Made by a program: the position numbers and the translations under genes. Source: Psychrobacter cryohalolentis K5 (lineage in GTDB: Bacteria; Pseudomonadota; Gammaproteobacteria; Pseudomonadales; Moraxellaceae). Taken from it: a stretch of 32,000 bases of DNA. Positions 10,013 through 19,344 of the stretch are shown here, piece by piece. Numbering within the stretch: the stretch's first letter is position 1; every line of letters starts with the position of its first letter. The notes under the pieces were generated by a model, which worked only from the letters and a program-made list of their open reading frames with translations, searched no databases and was not told where the DNA came from. The DNA is taken from positions 1,800,001-1,832,000 of the forward strand of contig NC_007969.1 of NCBI RefSeq assembly GCF_000013905.1, given 5' to 3'.

Positions 10013-10507
10013 ATGCCCATCAAAGCGTCTACTCCGTCATCTGTATTATTGGTCTGTTTGGGGAATATCTGCCGTTCACCAACTGCTGAAGAGATTTTTC
10101 GTCAGCAAGCAGCGATTGCAGGGCTGTCGATGAAGGTAGATTCGGCAGGCACTGGGGATTGGCATATTGGGCATGCACCTGATGAGCGCGCGCAGCGTCA
10201 CGCTAAAGCTCATGGTTACAACATCAATAAATTGGTCGCGCGCCAAGTCAGTGCTGATGACTTTCGCGATTTTGATTTAATATTGGCGATGGATGCACAA
10301 AATTTAGCAGACTTGCAGAGTATTAAAAACGGTATAACAAATACCGATAAAAAATTAGCCAAATTGGCTTTATTTAGTGAGGAAGATCCCACTTACGGCG
10401 GTGATGATGTGCCAGACCCATATACTGGTGATGGCGATGCTTTTGAAGAGGTAATCGAACGTATCGAATCAAGTGCACAAGCTTGGATTGAAAGCTGGAA
10501 GATATAG
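10013..10507 (+). CDS. Low-molecular-weight protein tyrosine phosphatase
   Basis: P-loop CLGNICRSP (C-X5-R-S) 10 residues from the ATG at 10013, and a DPY general-acid loop (VPDPYTG). The ORF-track start at 9965 adds an implausible hydrophobic extension. Confidence 0.9.
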   Translation: MPIKASTPSSVLLVCLGNICRSPTAEEIFRQQAAIAGLSMKVDSAGTGDWHIGHAPDERAQRHAKAHGYNINKLVARQVSADDFRDFDLILAMDAQNLADLQSIKNGITNTDKKLAKLALFSEEDPTYGGDDVPDPYTGDGDAFEEVIERIESSAQAWIESWKI

Positions 10508-10604
10508 TAATCATAAGGCGCTATATTTTTGCTACCTTTATACCTAGCATCCTTTATAATAAATACCATATGACTTTTTGTTTACTTGCCCCATAGGCTA
10601 TGTT

Positions 10605-11726
10605 ATGACTTCAGCTTTATGCTCTAAACCCATTGCACCACATACTCTATCTGATGACTTAGCTGATTTGTCTTATAGCAATACTATGGCTTTGGCATGT
10701 ATGGCTGACTCTGTAGTTACCTTAACGGATGAGGTGCAACTTGATGAGTTTATGGCATATTATGAGCAAGATACTCAACATAGAAAGCCATTATTTGTCT
10801 TGTCCGGTGGTAGCAATGTGCTACTACCAGCAAAGCTCAATGCGATTGTCTTACGACCACAAATGCGTGGTATACAGGTGACAGCGCAAACAGACTTTCA
10901 TGTCGATATCGAGGTAATGGCAGGTGAAAACTGGCACGACTTGGTGGTACATACGGTCGCTCAAGGCTGGTATGGACTCGAAAACCTTGCACTCATACCT
11001 GGTCTTACGGGCGCCGCTCCCATACAAAATATTGGCGCTTATGGTGTTCAGCTAGAAGACTGCTTACAGTATGTACGTGCTTACCATCTGCCAAGTCAAA
11101 CGTGGCATGATTTGACCGCGGTCGACTGCGAGTTTGGCTACCGTGATAGTATATTTAAACGTCAGCCGAATACGTGGCTAATCAGCCGTGTGGGTTTTAG
11201 ATTGCATACTGATGCGACAAAGGTGCTGGCAAGCTATGGCGATGTACAGACCGTCGCACAGAGCTATGCGACACAGCAAGGTCGCACCAAACCGATGCCC
11301 GCTGACGTAATGCATGCCATCATTGAGATTCGTCAGCAAAAGCTGCCTGACCCGAAGCAATTACCAAATTGCGGCAGTTTTTTTCAAAATCCTATTGTCC
11401 CTCAAGATCAATTTGCTACGCTGCAATCATCTTATCCGGCTATCGTTGGCTACCCAATGCCTGACGCAATGACTAAAGTGGCAGCCGGCTGGCTTATCGA
11501 ACAAGCGGGTCTAAAAGGCGGCGGTATAGAGCCTATTTTTACCCATCAGCAGCAAGCGCTAGTATTGACCAATCACGCGCCGTATATTGCTACCAAACAA
11601 GATGTCGCCGCTGCTCAAAAATATATTATAGATACTGTCTATAAGAAATTTGCGATTCAACTGTCGCGTGAGCCAGTATGGGTAAATGCCGATGGCTCCA
11701 TTGGATACGATGAGCATGTGGTCTAA
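10605..11726 (+). CDS. murB: UDP-N-acetylenolpyruvoylglucosamine reductase
   Basis: FAD-binding domain (LSGGSNVL, PGLTGAAPIQNIGAYG), the catalytic region GSFFQNP and AAGWLIEQAGLKG. ATG at 10605 is preferred over the TTG at 10578. Confidence 0.9.
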   Translation: MTSALCSKPIAPHTLSDDLADLSYSNTMALACMADSVVTLTDEVQLDEFMAYYEQDTQHRKPLFVLSGGSNVLLPAKLNAIVLRPQMRGIQVTAQTDFHVDIEVMAGENWHDLVVHTVAQGWYGLENLALIPGLTGAAPIQNIGAYGVQLEDCLQYVRAYHLPSQTWHDLTAVDCEFGYRDSIFKRQPNTWLISRVGFRLHTDATKVLASYGDVQTVAQSYATQQGRTKPMPADVMHAIIEIRQQKLPDPKQLPNCGSFFQNPIVPQDQFATLQSSYPAIVGYPMPDAMTKVAAGWLIEQAGLKGGGIEPIFTHQQQALVLTNHAPYIATKQDVAAAQKYIIDTVYKKFAIQLSREPVWVNADGSIGYDEHVV

Positions 11727-12489
11727 GCAGTCATGGTCTAATCGCCTATGGCGACATTATTTACGTTCAGCTGAGCGTATGATCAAGCTGTTTCGTATTA
11801 TCAATGTCACGTTTTTGCTGGGTGCAACGACAGTTATTTTAGTCCTCATCAGTTTATTCACGCCGCTATTTTCTCAAGCAGTAGTCTATATATTGGCTCA
11901 TCTGCCGCTACCAAAAATGCCACCTGTTGCTATGAGCTCGCCGCCTACCGCTTATGTGGTATTGGGTGGCGGTCTAACCAATGATAATAACAATCAAATT
12001 ATCCTCAATCGCTATAGCCTTAATCGTGCCCGTGCTGCCGCTACAGCCTATCACGACCTTCCTCTGCCCATTGTACTCAGTGGTGCTGAAGCGCCTTGGC
12101 TTGGTCAATGGCTGATTGAGCATGGTATTGATGGGTTAATCAGCGAAAACGCCAGTATGAATACTTGCGAGAATGCGCGATTTACGGCAAAGCGTATCCC
12201 TCTGCATCATGTCTATCTCATCACCGACAGCTACCATATGGCACGTGCTCGCAGACAATTTGCCTTAAACGGTATCAATAGCACGGCGATTAATGCCCCC
12301 TTACCCGTCATACGTGACTGGATGGAGCCAGCACAAAACTTAAGCCATTCTAGGCGGGCGGTTTATGAGGTTGCCGCCTATCTACGCGATGTGATACGAC
12401 CTCAAGCAAATTGTCGCCAAGCTAAAGAAGTGACGTCGCAGCAGCTGTTGACTCCAAGAGGTAAAGTTGCCAAAACTGCTGACGACTAG
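11710..12489 (+). CDS. DUF218 (YdcF/ElyC-like) membrane-anchored protein
   Basis: N-terminal TM helix (INVTFLLGATTVILVLISLF), then the VVLGGGL and ITDSYHMARARR motifs typical of DUF218. The start is uncertain: candidates are 11686, 11710, 11716 and 11779. It overlaps the murB 3' end. Confidence 0.7.
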   Translation: MSMWSKQSWSNRLWRHYLRSAERMIKLFRIINVTFLLGATTVILVLISLFTPLFSQAVVYILAHLPLPKMPPVAMSSPPTAYVVLGGGLTNDNNNQIILNRYSLNRARAAATAYHDLPLPIVLSGAEAPWLGQWLIEHGIDGLISENASMNTCENARFTAKRIPLHHVYLITDSYHMARARRQFALNGINSTAINAPLPVIRDWMEPAQNLSHSRRAVYEVAAYLRDVIRPQANCRQAKEVTSQQLLTPRGKVAKTADD

Positions 12490-12619
12490 AGTCTATACCT
12501 CAATTTTAGAAACATACCCTCATAATAACCTACCTTTTTCCCTTTATCCTTACAGGTCAACCATCTCACTAGCAACAGGTGTATAATAGTAAAAGAAACT
12601 GCGATTAAAGAGATGTGCC

Positions 12620-12922
12620 ATGCTCAGTATATTTTTACTAATTCCATTAAGTCTCATGCTGTTTGTGGTCGCGATTTGGGCAGTACGTTATGCGGTCAAA
12701 TCCAATCAATTTGAGGATTTAGATAACGCCTCCCAGCGCATTATTTTAGATGATCGCCAAGAACGTCGACAAGTCATACAAGCTCAAGAAAATGTAACAC
12801 CTATTCAAGAAGTAAAAGAAGTGAGCGCTACTACTTCGATTGAAAAAGAATCTAATAAGCTAAATAATGCGCATATTGTCACCCCTTCTCTCTCTGATAC
12901 AGACAAGCACTCAAAAACATAG
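12620..12922 (+). CDS. ccoS: cbb3-type cytochrome oxidase maturation protein CcoS/FixS with a long hydrophilic C-terminal extension
   Basis: The N-terminal 45 aa (MLSIFLLIPLSLMLFVVAIWAVRYAVKSNQFEDLDNASQRIILDD) match the CcoS single-TM signature (W..KSGQFDDLE...IL.DD) from memory. The remaining ~55 aa are hydrophilic. Confidence 0.75.
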   Translation: MLSIFLLIPLSLMLFVVAIWAVRYAVKSNQFEDLDNASQRIILDDRQERRQVIQAQENVTPIQEVKEVSATTSIEKESNKLNNAHIVTPSLSDTDKHSKT

Positions 12923-13019
12923 CCTTGGGCTATTTTACTAATGCGTTACCCACTTATTCTATCTGCATAAGACAGTGGTAAGTCGGTACGCTTTTTACCA
13001 TTTTTAGGAGTACCTTCCC

Positions 13020-13841
13020 ATGACCACAGCTTTACTCGTTGCGGCATTATTAATGGGTTTTTTTGGTTCGCCGCATTGCTTAGGTATGTGTGGCGGCTTA
13101 GTAACTGCCTTTGGTCTGTCGATGAAGGATGTCAGCCCCGCCAAGCGCCGTGCATTGGTGGCGACCTATCATTTCGGTCGCTTAACCAGCTACGCATTTT
13201 TGGGTTTGATCGCAGGACTGTTAGGTACTGCCGTATTACAACCACTGATGCAAGGCAATAGTGCACCACGTATTTTGCTTGGTTTGGTATTGGTGTTCGT
13301 CGGCATGACCATGCTTGGTGCACCATTTTTAAAGAGACTTGAGCGTTTTGGTATGCGATTTTGGCAATACCTAAGCCCTATTCGTCAAAAAGTATTTCCA
13401 CTCAACACTTTTCCGCGAGCATTGTCTGCCGGCCTTCTATGGGGATTCTTACCTTGTGGCTTAGTCTATGGCGCCCTACTTATCGCTGTGGTCGCGCACA
13501 ACCCTCTCAGCGGTGCTGCCTTGATGTTCGTCTTTGGTTTAGGAACCGTACCGATGTTAGTCGCTACTCATGAGACCGTTGGTTGGTTACGGGATAAGAT
13601 TGGACGTTTTCGCTTAAGACAGCTTAATGGTGCTGTGATGGTATTATCAGGTTTGGCTGTGGTCTTCGTTCCTATCGCCATGTCCAGTATGCATGGTAAT
13701 CATGGCAGCGGTCATAGCATGGGCATGGCGCATGGTGATACTATGATGATGACTGATACGGATAATACGACTCACCATGATATGAGCCAAATGGATCACA
13801 GTATGCACAATATGAATAATGACTCGGAGACGATGGAATAG
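13020..13841 (+). CDS. Polytopic membrane protein of the DsbD_2 / TauE-SafE-like type with conserved Cys motifs and a His/Met-rich C-terminal tail
   Basis: N-terminal GSPHCLGMCGG and central GFLPCGLVYG motifs in TM helices. The last ~50 aa are SSMHGNHGSGHSMGMAHGDTMMMTDTDNTTHHDMSQMDHSMHNMNND. AGGAG lies upstream of the ATG. Confidence 0.7.
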   Translation: MTTALLVAALLMGFFGSPHCLGMCGGLVTAFGLSMKDVSPAKRRALVATYHFGRLTSYAFLGLIAGLLGTAVLQPLMQGNSAPRILLGLVLVFVGMTMLGAPFLKRLERFGMRFWQYLSPIRQKVFPLNTFPRALSAGLLWGFLPCGLVYGALLIAVVAHNPLSGAALMFVFGLGTVPMLVATHETVGWLRDKIGRFRLRQLNGAVMVLSGLAVVFVPIAMSSMHGNHGSGHSMGMAHGDTMMMTDTDNTTHHDMSQMDHSMHNMNNDSETME

Positions 13842-13892
13842 CATTACTAATCAATGATAATTGCTTAATGTTATAACCAATATTACATGCAT

Positions 13893-13927
13893 AAAAAAAG
13901 CCCTTAATGATTTATCAAGGGCTTTTT
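13893..13927. terminator. Bidirectional rho-independent terminator between convergent genes
   Basis: aaaaaaagccctt ... aagggcttttt: a 7-bp GC-containing stem with an 11-nt loop, flanked by A and T runs. Confidence 0.7.
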
Positions 13928-13966
13928 ACTGTCTAAAGACTTTAGAGCTTAATTAAAAAAATCTGA

Positions 13967-15121
13967 TTAAGGCTGCCACTGCTCAAGCTTAAACTTCGTA
14001 TCCAAATGCTTCTCTAATGCTGGTATATTAAAGGCATCATCTTCGCTGACAAAGCTAATACTAATACCGGTTTGCCCAGCGCGCCCAGTACGACCGATAC
14101 GGTGTACATAGTCATCTGGCTGGTCTGGTAAGGTATAATTAATCACATGACTGACATCATCAACATGAATACCGCGCCCTGCTACATCGGTCGCGACCAA
14201 AACAGAGGCATGCCCGTCTTTAAAGCGCTGTAGATATTTCTCGCGTTTTTGCTGAATCACATCGCCTGATAACATGACAATTTTATGTCCCTGACGCAGC
14301 TTATGATATAGGCGCTTTACTTGGTCTTTACGATTGGCAAAAATAATCACTTTCTCTACCGTACTATCCGTGATAATACGCTCAACCGCTTCTAGCTTCT
14401 GATCTTCGGTTAAGAGATAAAAATGTTGGTCTACCAGCTCACTGGTTTTATGCTCAGGCTCAATTTCGACAAACTCTGGCTCATGTAACCAGCGATAAGC
14501 CAAACCCATCACATCTTGGTTAAAGGTAGCAGAAAACAATAAACTTTGACGGTCGGTATTGGGTGGCATGCGACCGACTAAGCGTTTGATATCAGGTATA
14601 AACCCCATATCGAGCATGCGGTCTGCTTCATCTAATACTAATACTTCTACGCGATCAAGATAAACCATACCTTTGTGCATTAAATCAATCAAACGACCAG
14701 GTGTGGCAATCAAGATATCGACGTATTGACGCTCAAGCTCATGCTGCTGGGTTTCATAATTGGTACCACCCATAATACAGACGCTATGCAAAGAAGTATA
14801 TTTGGTCAAAGCGATACAATCATCGAATATTTGCTGAGCAAGCTCACGGGTAGGTGCCATAACGACAGCACGTGGCTCACCTAAATGACGTTCTTCATCA
14901 GCAGCAAACGGACGCTTAAGTAACGCCTCCATAATGGTCAATAAAAATGTAGCCGTCTTGCCCGTACCCGTCTGCGCCTGTCCGATCGCATCTTGGTTTG
15001 CCAGCGTATGCGGCAGTATTTTTGCTTGAATCGGCGTCAATTCAGTAAAACCTAAGTCACTTACTGCACGCAAGGTCGCTGCTGAAAGTGGCAAATCCGT
15101 AAACGTCGTAAAGTTACTCAA
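13967..15121 (-). CDS. rhlB: DEAD-box ATP-dependent RNA helicase, RhlB-like core without C-terminal extension
   Basis: Q-motif TPIQ, motif I AQTGTGKT, PTRELA, DEAD (LVLDEADRM), SAT and HRIGRTGRAG. RMPP and EPEHKT resemble E. coli RhlB. It has a TTG start preceded by AAGGA, with no in-frame ATG nearby. Confidence 0.85.
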   Translation of the reverse strand: MSNFTTFTDLPLSAATLRAVSDLGFTELTPIQAKILPHTLANQDAIGQAQTGTGKTATFLLTIMEALLKRPFAADEERHLGEPRAVVMAPTRELAQQIFDDCIALTKYTSLHSVCIMGGTNYETQQHELERQYVDILIATPGRLIDLMHKGMVYLDRVEVLVLDEADRMLDMGFIPDIKRLVGRMPPNTDRQSLLFSATFNQDVMGLAYRWLHEPEFVEIEPEHKTSELVDQHFYLLTEDQKLEAVERIITDSTVEKVIIFANRKDQVKRLYHKLRQGHKIVMLSGDVIQQKREKYLQRFKDGHASVLVATDVAGRGIHVDDVSHVINYTLPDQPDDYVHRIGRTGRAGQTGISISFVSEDDAFNIPALEKHLDTKFKLEQWQP

Positions 15122-15378
15122 AAAAATATCCTTTTATATAAATCGCTTGTGTATCATAAATAAATGAGAGGCTATAAGGCTTAACGGTTTATAGCAACGA
15201 TTAGTCAGCAGGCAAGCCCCATAAAACTGATAAGCATAAAAAAGCCAAGCCCCATGTCGATGCTTACCAAATATGCTGCGTTAAAATCAACATAAGTAAG
15301 ACAGGACGAGCTTGACTCAGTAGTATATCAGTAGTTTGTACAGACATTATAGCTAAACTGCACGAATGACTGTTACGA

Positions 15379-15594
15379 TTACTCTTCTACTTTTCTGACT
15401 TCTTCAGCTTGTAGGCCTTTATCACCTTCTACTACACTGAACTCAACTTTTTCGCCGTCTTTTAGAGAGCGATAACCATCACCTTGGATCGCGCGGAAAT
15501 GCACAAAAATATCTTCTCCGCTATCACGTTGAATGAAACCAAAGCCTTTTGAGTCATTAAACCACTTAACGATACCTTGCTCGCGAGCTGACAT
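15379..15594 (-). CDS. Cold-shock protein (CspA family)
   Basis: RNP1 KGFGFI and RNP2 IFVHF motifs, 71 aa. AGGAAG lies upstream of the ATG. Confidence 0.95.
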   Translation of the reverse strand: MSAREQGIVKWFNDSKGFGFIQRDSGEDIFVHFRAIQGDGYRSLKDGEKVEFSVVEGDKGLQAEEVRKVEE

Positions 15595-15760
15595 AATATT
15601 ACTTCCTAAAAAGTTTACTTAGTCCCAAATTCCTTTGCATCATTGCATATAAACGGGTACCAAGATGATGAAATCAAAACTTAAAAGTGACTATCTAATA
15701 CAGTATTAGCGACATATGAAAGCCTTATACTTACTTTTAGTATTTAGCATATAGTCATTT
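15595..15760 (-). promoter_or_regulatory. Probable long 5' untranslated leader of the cold-shock gene
   Basis: There are 470 bp of ORF-free AT-rich DNA upstream of csp, and CspA-family mRNAs classically carry long structured leaders. The extent is not determinable from sequence alone. Confidence 0.3.
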
Positions 15761-16086
15761 TACTGCCCCTAGTCTTTTCTTTGATAGAAATTAAAACTAC
15801 TTTATCAAAAAAGCGTTAATTATCTACCAAACTAGAGTTAGCAACAAACATGTAATGTTTATTGTGTAAAAAATATCATAACACGGGTTTTTAGCAACAC
15901 AAAGGCTTTTAATATGATTTTTATACCTCGATCTATTTTTTAGAATTATTTTTTTATAAGTTAGCTTGCAAGCTGTTAATATAAAAGGATAGAGAGCGCT
16001 ATGTTTCCTAACACCTGTTATTGTAGTACGCTTATACTCACCAATAATTTATCTAGACATATTCATTGCTACTCATAGAGACCATT

Positions 16087-16623
16087 ATGACCGCCTCATC
16101 TCAATCAGCAACGACCAGCACTGCTTCCCATAAAAAAGCCAATAAAACCCTTACTCATAAGCTATTATTGATTAATGGTGTCAATCTAAATCTACTCGGC
16201 AAACGTGAGCCTGATATTTATGGTCATATGACGCTTGCTGATATTGAGAGTGCTTTAATCAAGCGCGCCGCGGCACATGGTATTGAGCTAATTTGTAGTC
16301 AGTCGAATCACGAAGGCAAACTGGTCGATGATATTCAGTATTACGGTCTATTGGCAGAGCCAAGCGCACAGATCGATGCCATAATCATCAATCCTGCTGC
16401 TTTTACTCATACGTCTGTTGCGATACGCGATGCGCTACTTGCTACCCAAAAGCCATTTATAGAAGTGCATCTATCGAACGTCCACGCACGTGAATCGTTT
16501 CGCGAGCATTCTTATTTATGTGATGTAGCAGTTGGCGTGATTTGTGGTTTGGGGCATTTGGGCTATGATATGGCATTGGATTATTGGCTGACCCATACTT
16601 ATGCAATAACACTGAATAAGTAG
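16087..16623 (+). CDS. aroQ: 3-dehydroquinate dehydratase, type II
   Basis: [33 protein letters not shown] and [11 protein letters not shown] motifs. ATG at 16087 leaves a ~25-aa Ser/Thr/Ala-rich N-terminal extension. Confidence 0.92.
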   Translation: MTASSQSATTSTASHKKANKTLTHKLLLINGVNLNLLGKREPDIYGHMTLADIESALIKRAAAHGIELICSQSNHEGKLVDDIQYYGLLAEPSAQIDAIIINPAAFTHTSVAIRDALLATQKPFIEVHLSNVHARESFREHSYLCDVAVGVICGLGHLGYDMALDYWLTHTYAITLNK

Positions 16624-16801
16624 TTTAATGACGTTAAGGTTTTTATCTAAACAATACTGCCGAACACATGACAAAAATTACTGCGACAAGTACTACACAA
16701 ACCGTTATCGCGATACTTTTAGCACAGTAGTTAAACAGCATTCATTCGATTAAAATAATAATATTAGGGGTTAAATAATAACCCACTAAATACCCCACTA
16801 T

Positions 16802-18115
16802 ATGGTGATAGGCATGGCAAAATCGTCCGGAACGCGCTTTATGAAACTTGCTGGCATGACAGCAAGTATTGCTGGAAAAGCAGCTAAAAACTCCTTAAAG
16901 CATCTCTCAAGTGACGAAGAAAAACGCCTACAAGCGCGCTCAGAATTGATGCAAGATGTCGGTATTCAAATCGCTGAAACTTTAGGTGAGATGAAAGGTG
17001 CGGTCATGAAGGTAGGTCAAATTGCCTCGCAGTATAAAGATGTGTTTCCACCTGAAGTTGCAACCGCATTAGAGAAACTGCAAAAAGATGCACCGGCGAT
17101 GCCCTATGCGCAGATACGCACACAAGTTGAAAGTGAGCTCAAAGCACCTATTCATGAATTGTTTACTGAATTCGAAGAAATGCCATTTGCTGCAGCTTCC
17201 ATCGGACAGGTACATCGCGCAATTTTGCCATCTGGGCAAAGGGTTGTGGTTAAGGTGCAATACCCTGATGTCGACAAAAATTGTGATAGCGACCTAAAAC
17301 AAGTGCGTATGGCACTAAAAATCGCTGGCGTGCTCAATATGAGTAAGCAATTGCAAGAGCAGTTATTTCACGAAATTCGCCAAAGCTTACATGATGAGCT
17401 TGATTATATTAAAGAGGCGCATAATCTGCGGGTATTCGGCGCTTTTCATGCCGAAGATACGGGTCTCATCATCCCAAAAGTGATTAGCAGTCACTCTTCT
17501 AAAAGAATCTTGACCTTGACAGAAGAGAGCGGCGAAACCTTAACAGTGGCAGCAACGTGGGATAATGATATTAAGCAAAAAATCGCAGTGCGCTTGTTTC
17601 ATTTTACCGCAGGGCAGCTGTTTGGGTTATATCGAATGCACTGCGACCCTCATCCGGGCAACTTTGCGTTCCGTGCTGATGGCAGTGTAGTTGCCTATGA
17701 TTTTGGCGGGATTCGTAGCTATAGCGACAGCGAAGTTCAATTATTTCGCCGATTTGCCAAGCATGCCTTAAAAGGTGATGTCACTGCCCTTGAGCAAGAT
17801 TTGGTTGCTCTGGATATACGCCGTGAAGACGATAAAATCGTACCGGGCGAGTTTTATGGAAAATGGTTAGAGATTGGGCTGAAACCCTTATCTATCAAAC
17901 CCTATCAAGACGGTAATTTTGATTTTGCAAGCAGTCAAACCCATCATGAAGCCATCGCCCAAATGCGCACTTCTTTGAAATACTTTGGACAGTTTCAACC
18001 ATCAGCCTCTACGATGATGCTCGATCGTACTATATCAGGACAATACTGGAACCTAGTCAATCTAGGAGTGACGATAGATTTGTCGCCACTGGTACATGAA
18101 TATATAGGTTTTTAG
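16802..18115 (+). CDS. ABC1/UbiB-family atypical protein kinase
   Basis: ABC1 signature AAASIGQVHRA, VVVKVQYPDV and CDPHPGNF. Length is 437 aa and I see no TM helices. Confidence 0.85.
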   Translation: MVIGMAKSSGTRFMKLAGMTASIAGKAAKNSLKHLSSDEEKRLQARSELMQDVGIQIAETLGEMKGAVMKVGQIASQYKDVFPPEVATALEKLQKDAPAMPYAQIRTQVESELKAPIHELFTEFEEMPFAAASIGQVHRAILPSGQRVVVKVQYPDVDKNCDSDLKQVRMALKIAGVLNMSKQLQEQLFHEIRQSLHDELDYIKEAHNLRVFGAFHAEDTGLIIPKVISSHSSKRILTLTEESGETLTVAATWDNDIKQKIAVRLFHFTAGQLFGLYRMHCDPHPGNFAFRADGSVVAYDFGGIRSYSDSEVQLFRRFAKHALKGDVTALEQDLVALDIRREDDKIVPGEFYGKWLEIGLKPLSIKPYQDGNFDFASSQTHHEAIAQMRTSLKYFGQFQPSASTMMLDRTISGQYWNLVNLGVTIDLSPLVHEYIGF

Positions 18116-18159
18116 AGCGTTAAATGGCTATAAATATATAGGACAAGTTTTAGTATTGA

Positions 18160-18990
18160 TTATACATGCAAGGCATGTCCACAGCGGTCACAAAAATCCG
18201 CACCTACTGCGTGACCAAATTTACCACAGTTCGGACACGTGACAGGATTGAGCTGCGGGCGCATATTACGTGCAAGCTCTGAGGTGAAAATCCCTGTCGG
18301 TACAGCAATGATTGAGTAACCTGTAATCATGACCATGGTTGCAATGGCTTGCCCCAATGGTGTTTTTGGTGACATGTCGCCGTAACCAACCGTCGTCATA
18401 GTAACAACTGCCCAATAGATAGATAGCGGAATACTGGTAAAGCCGTTTTCTGGTCCTTCTACGACATAGATAATCGAGCCGAAAATGGTGACCAGTAACA
18501 CCAGTGATAAGAAAAATACCGTGATTTTTTGCTGACTGGTTCTAAGCGCAGACGCCAAAAATCCTGCTTGTTGCATATAGGCTTCAAGCTTAAGTACCCG
18601 AAAGATACGCAAAATACGTAAGATACGAATGACAAGTAAGTACTGTACGCCCACAAACATTAAGCTTAAGTAGCTCGGTAGTACGGACAATAAATCCACT
18701 ATCCCAAAAAAACTAAACACGTAACGAAAACGATTGGGTGCTGAGAACAACCTGAGCATATACTCAATCGTAAACAAAATAGTAAAAAACCATTCTGCAT
18801 ACAAAAACAGCGTGCCATACTGCAAGCGCATATAGAGCACACTATCGAGCATCACGACCGCCACACTGGCCAAAATCGCGATCAACAATACAATATCAAA
18901 CAGCTTACCCAAACGAGTATCTGTACCTTCAATAATAATATGAATGCGGTTACGCAAATGAGTAACGGCTTCGGTATTCGGCTGCTTCAT
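18160..18990 (-). CDS. Voltage-sensor-containing K+ channel (6TM Kv type) with C-terminal CxxC...CxxC zinc ribbon
   Basis: S4 helix VIRILRILRIFRVLK (basic residue at every third position), selectivity filter TTVGYGD, and C-terminal TCPNCGKFGHAVGADFCDRCGH. ATG at 18990 is preferred over the TTG at 19002. Confidence 0.85.
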   Translation of the reverse strand: MKQPNTEAVTHLRNRIHIIIEGTDTRLGKLFDIVLLIAILASVAVVMLDSVLYMRLQYGTLFLYAEWFFTILFTIEYMLRLFSAPNRFRYVFSFFGIVDLLSVLPSYLSLMFVGVQYLLVIRILRILRIFRVLKLEAYMQQAGFLASALRTSQQKITVFFLSLVLLVTIFGSIIYVVEGPENGFTSIPLSIYWAVVTMTTVGYGDMSPKTPLGQAIATMVMITGYSIIAVPTGIFTSELARNMRPQLNPVTCPNCGKFGHAVGADFCDRCGHALHV

Positions 18991-19344
18991 AAAGTCAATC
19001 AAATCATAGGATCAATGGATATCTAAAACCGGACAACTTAGGCGTATATGCATAAGCTAAGATTGGTCAAAATACGTGAAAGTGGTTTATAATATTGAAA
19101 GTAATGTGGTTATTGGCTGCTATCCGTCACTACGAAAATAATCGATGACGGGTCAAAAGCCAGAACATAGCAGTGTAGCAAAAAAGCGCTATTAACAACA
19201 TACAAATCGTTAACTTAGCGACAGATCACTTACCTGAGCTTAACAGCGCAATCAGGTAATAAAAACTGCATTAACTATAAAAAATTTTTACCAATAAATG
19301 TTTTAGCTGTACAATACATCACTCGTAATACTTAAGGACGTCAT

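Noticed and set aside
13647-13844. 65-aa His-rich minus-strand ORF
   Set aside because: It is the mirror image of the His/Met-rich tail codons of the 13020-13841 gene (CAT/ATG read as ATG/CAT). It is a compositional artefact.
16001-16078. 25-codon [28 protein letters not shown] just upstream of aroQ, considered as a possible leader peptide
   Set aside because: It has no run of aromatic regulatory codons, no downstream terminator/antiterminator pair, and a weakly placed RBS. It is most likely chance.
1063-16086. N-terminal extensions implied by ORF-track starts (TTG/GTG at 1063, 9965, 10578, 16066; likewise 19002, 20774, 27188, 27429)
   Set aside because: In each case an in-frame ATG a few codons downstream has a better RBS or restores the canonical family N-terminus. 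Examples are AAGGAG before 20759 and the C-X5-R loop position after 10013.
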